Assembly (NCBI GenBank): GCA_964016885.1
Contig: OZ024754.1
Span: 806,001-870,000 of the forward strand
Origin: Eledone cirrhosa
Lineage: Eukaryota
Direction: 5' to 3'
DNA length: 64,000 nucleotides
The notes beneath the pieces are model-generated. The model did not search any database and was not told the origin of the DNA. It saw only the letters and a program-made list of their open reading frames with translations. Position 1 is the first letter of the stretch. Every line of letters begins with the position of its first letter. Positions 61,314-64,000 of the stretch are shown here, piece by piece. A program made the translations under genes and the position numbers.

Positions 61314-61663
61314 ATTATTTATACCAGGTCATTAAGATTGGCAGATATGATGTATGTCCACATCATTATCATTTCATGTTCATTTTCTACGCTGGAATGG
61401 GTTGTTACAGTCATAGTCTTATTTAGTTCTTATTTAGAGTTACTGCCCTCCTAAACAGATCAGGGGACCACACCATAGTCGTATGTTCCAATTTTGGCAT
61501 GCTTTCTGCAGCAGAGTTCTCTTCCTAACACCAATTTGCAGAGTGTACTGGGGGCATTTTAACAATGCCAACCCTTTCAGGAGTTTTTTTTACAATATTT
61601 CGAAATATCTGTTTTAAAACCTGGGATGCACATGTTTTATATTTACCTTTCATATTTTTTCAG

Positions 61664-61848
61664 CTATGAATATTGTCCGATATGCTGAGAGCCGGACACA
61701 AGAAATTGCAAGTTTAAGTCTTCATGTCCAAACTAGAACAGTTAACAAAATGGTGTTGGAGACTTTACCAAAACATATGAATAGACGAGCAATGAGTCAT
61801 GACATCAGACGCTGGCCACGTCGTCTCCGTCAGTTGGTGAAAAAGCAG
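61664..61848 (+). CDS. POP1: POP1 exon (..LPKHMNRRAMSHDIRRWPRRLR..)
   Basis: POP1 R-box-like LP.HM.RRAMSH...PRRL; CAG/GT boundaries. Confidence 0.93.
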
Positions 61849-62271
61849 GTTTGTATTTGCTATATATTTGCAGTAGATATTTCTGCTATTCATCATAGTT
61901 CTCCAGAGGAGTTTGAAACTGGCTGTCCATGGGAACTTCTTTATGTAGATGATAGGGCGGTGGAGTGTCGGACAACATGCTTTGTAGAATAGTTATGGCC
62001 CTTTATGTTCTGACTGCAAATCCCGCCAAGGCTAGCTTTGTCTTTCGTCACTACCATGCAGCATCATACTTTTCATGTAGGGATGAGAAAATCTCTTTGT
62101 CTCTCTGTCAACAGAGGTAGTAGCTTCCTAAACGTTTACCAGCCTGTTTTTCTAGCTAGTATACTTTCAGTGCCCCCCTCCTCCACTGCTAATTATGTTA
62201 CCTAAGTAACAGAAGCTATCAACTACTTTATTTTTCAATTTTTTTTTTTATACTGTTTATTTTCAACTTAG

Positions 62272-62514
62272 TATGAAAATCAAGGAAGCAAACGACAGCG
62301 TCGACCACCATCTAGAAAGCATCGCAGACGTCCAAACAATTTGTTGGCTGAATACAATCGACGTAAAAGAAAACAAGTTTGGCTTGAAACTCACATTTGG
62401 CATGCCAAACGCTTCCGTATGACCAAAAAATGGGGATATCACCTTGCTAAGGAACCAACCTGCAAAGCAAATCGAAGGACTTACAATTCTATTATGAAAT
62501 ATTGCTTATTACAG
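62272..62514 (+). CDS. POP1: POP1 exon (..[23 protein letters not shown])
   Basis: POP1 W-box signature; TAG/GT boundaries, 243 nt. Confidence 0.97.
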
Positions 62515-63057
62515 GTTTGTACATCACTTTGTGAAAGTCTATATTTTCTTGCTAGCCTCTGTTATAATTAATCATCCTCACCACTATATTTTACATCCAA
62601 ACATTAGGAAGATGTCATCATCATCATCATCATCATTATGTCAGCATCGTCATCATCATCATCATCATTTCATTGTAGATAACTTGCTGAACATCTAATA
62701 TGATTTTCTGTTATAATGATCTTTCAATTTAATTTTCCTTTCTGTAAGTTAACACTTTCATTACCATATTTTCAATTAAAAAAACACTGTGTTTCAATTA
62801 ATTTTGAAAATAATAAAAAATTTACAAGAATTTAGTAAAATGTCCAAATTACATTTAATAAAAAAAAGTTAGTTAAATTCACATTTTCTTTTATGTATTT
62901 ATATTTAAGAGTCGCAAATATTTTTTTAAAAGCTAAAAATGATTGAAAATGTTTGACTTCCTTGTCCTAGTTCTTAAAAACTATTGCCATCACTGGCTAT
63001 TAACAGCATTTATTCAAAGAAGTACCGGTCTTTATTTTAACCTCTCACCTATTTTAG

Positions 63058-63145
63058 GATGTGTCTTATCTGTGTTGTATTGAAATAAGTGGTTTACACA
63101 GTGAAATAACACTTGGCTTTTCTCATCTTTCAAACCCTTCCACAG
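63058..63145 (+). CDS. POP1: POP1 exon (DVSYLCCIEISG..NPSTG)
   Basis: D.SY..C.E..G motif; TAG/GTAAGT boundaries, 88 nt. Confidence 0.93.
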
Positions 63146-63485
63146 GTAAGTTGGATACATATATTTATTAGTTTAGAGTGTTTTAAACTTTACATCATTG
63201 TCATTATAATGATAATGATGATCATCATCACCACCATAATCGTTACCACCATGACTACAATTACCACTACCTCTTCCACCACCACTACCACCACCATGAT
63301 CATCACCAATACTTGTCTACTTTCCCATGCTTGCATGGGTTTCCTGAAGCAATATTGTACAACTAGATTCCCTTCCATTTAATTAATTGTAATATAATGA
63401 ATTTCATGAGAGATACTGTAATGAAAGGATTAGTCTATTGTAATTTATTTGTTTTACCATTCATAAGAATTAATTTTTTTTGTAG

Positions 63486-64000
63486 GTCCTGGTATTGGTG
63501 CTAAATGTTATTTGAATGGAAGCCGAGAAGGTAGTATTGTTTTATATAAATATGATCAATTCCCACATGATGCCATAGGTTTAGTAACATTTCTATGGAA
63601 GCCTGTCTCTACTGACTGCAGTAAATTAATTTCAAATACTGGAGAGTCTGAGAATATTCGATATCTCTGGCTGTGGTGCCATCCATCATGTTATAACCTA
63701 CTTTGGCAACAACTCATAAAGCTATTCCAAAATGTTATTTCTACACCAGAAGATAGCAAGGTCTTAACGAATAACACTGATGAAACATCAAATACAGCAA
63801 ATATTAAAACATCAAGTGGAACCACTGAAGCCACTCAGACATTTCATACTTCAAATACCAAAGAGACAACTTCTGCTAATCTTTCAAATGGTTGTTCATC
63901 TGGATCAACTAATAACAAGAGCGGTGTCTTCTTAAAATCTTTGAAAGACCAATTAGTACGGTTTCGTTTAACTGGTCCATTATCACTGAAAGTTCTAGGC
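63486..64000 (+). CDS. POP1: POP1 exon, runs off the window (..GSREG..FLWKP..LWLWCHPS..RFRLTGPLS..)
   Basis: TAG acceptor; frame open to the window end with conserved POP1 motifs. Confidence 0.93.

Noticed and set aside
61765-61782. POP1 LPKHMN as an A-to-I recoding site (K to R)
   Set aside because: Lys is a conservative substitution and editing cannot be inferred from DNA alone

Overview
AT-rich, repeat-dense eukaryotic DNA. The SINE/LINE families resemble those I recall from octopods, so the source is probably a cephalopod (inference). Exons were read by hand from splice sites. (1) Last coding exon of an upstream + strand gene (1000-1087; weakly NDUFA7-like C-terminus). (2) A complete 9-exon, 316-aa four-repeat annexin on + (ATG-only first coding exon at 6857, exons 19601-34113). 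(3) A complete 6-exon, 135-aa RidA/UK114 imine deaminase on - (53096-41164), ending in a PTS1-like SQL. (4) The 5' part of POP1, an RNase P/MRP subunit, on + (60498 to window end), head-to-head with RidA as in human. Introns and intergenic DNA hold nested tRNA-derived SINEs, RTE/CR1/CRE/Vingi LINE fragments, non-autonomous Helitrons, piggyBac- and hAT-type MITEs and Penelope-like elements (PLEs). The most notable structures are a 240-bp near-perfect palindrome in RidA intron 1 with an intact minimal hammerhead ribozyme on each strand, a 5'-inverted PLE with variant hammerheads, a Helitron carrying an apparent three-exon mini-gene, a 1-kb long-TIR transposon with an 8-bp TSD next to the POP1 promoter, and a 3'-truncated tRNA-Glu in POP1 intron 1. 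Most ORFs in the supplied track are spurious.
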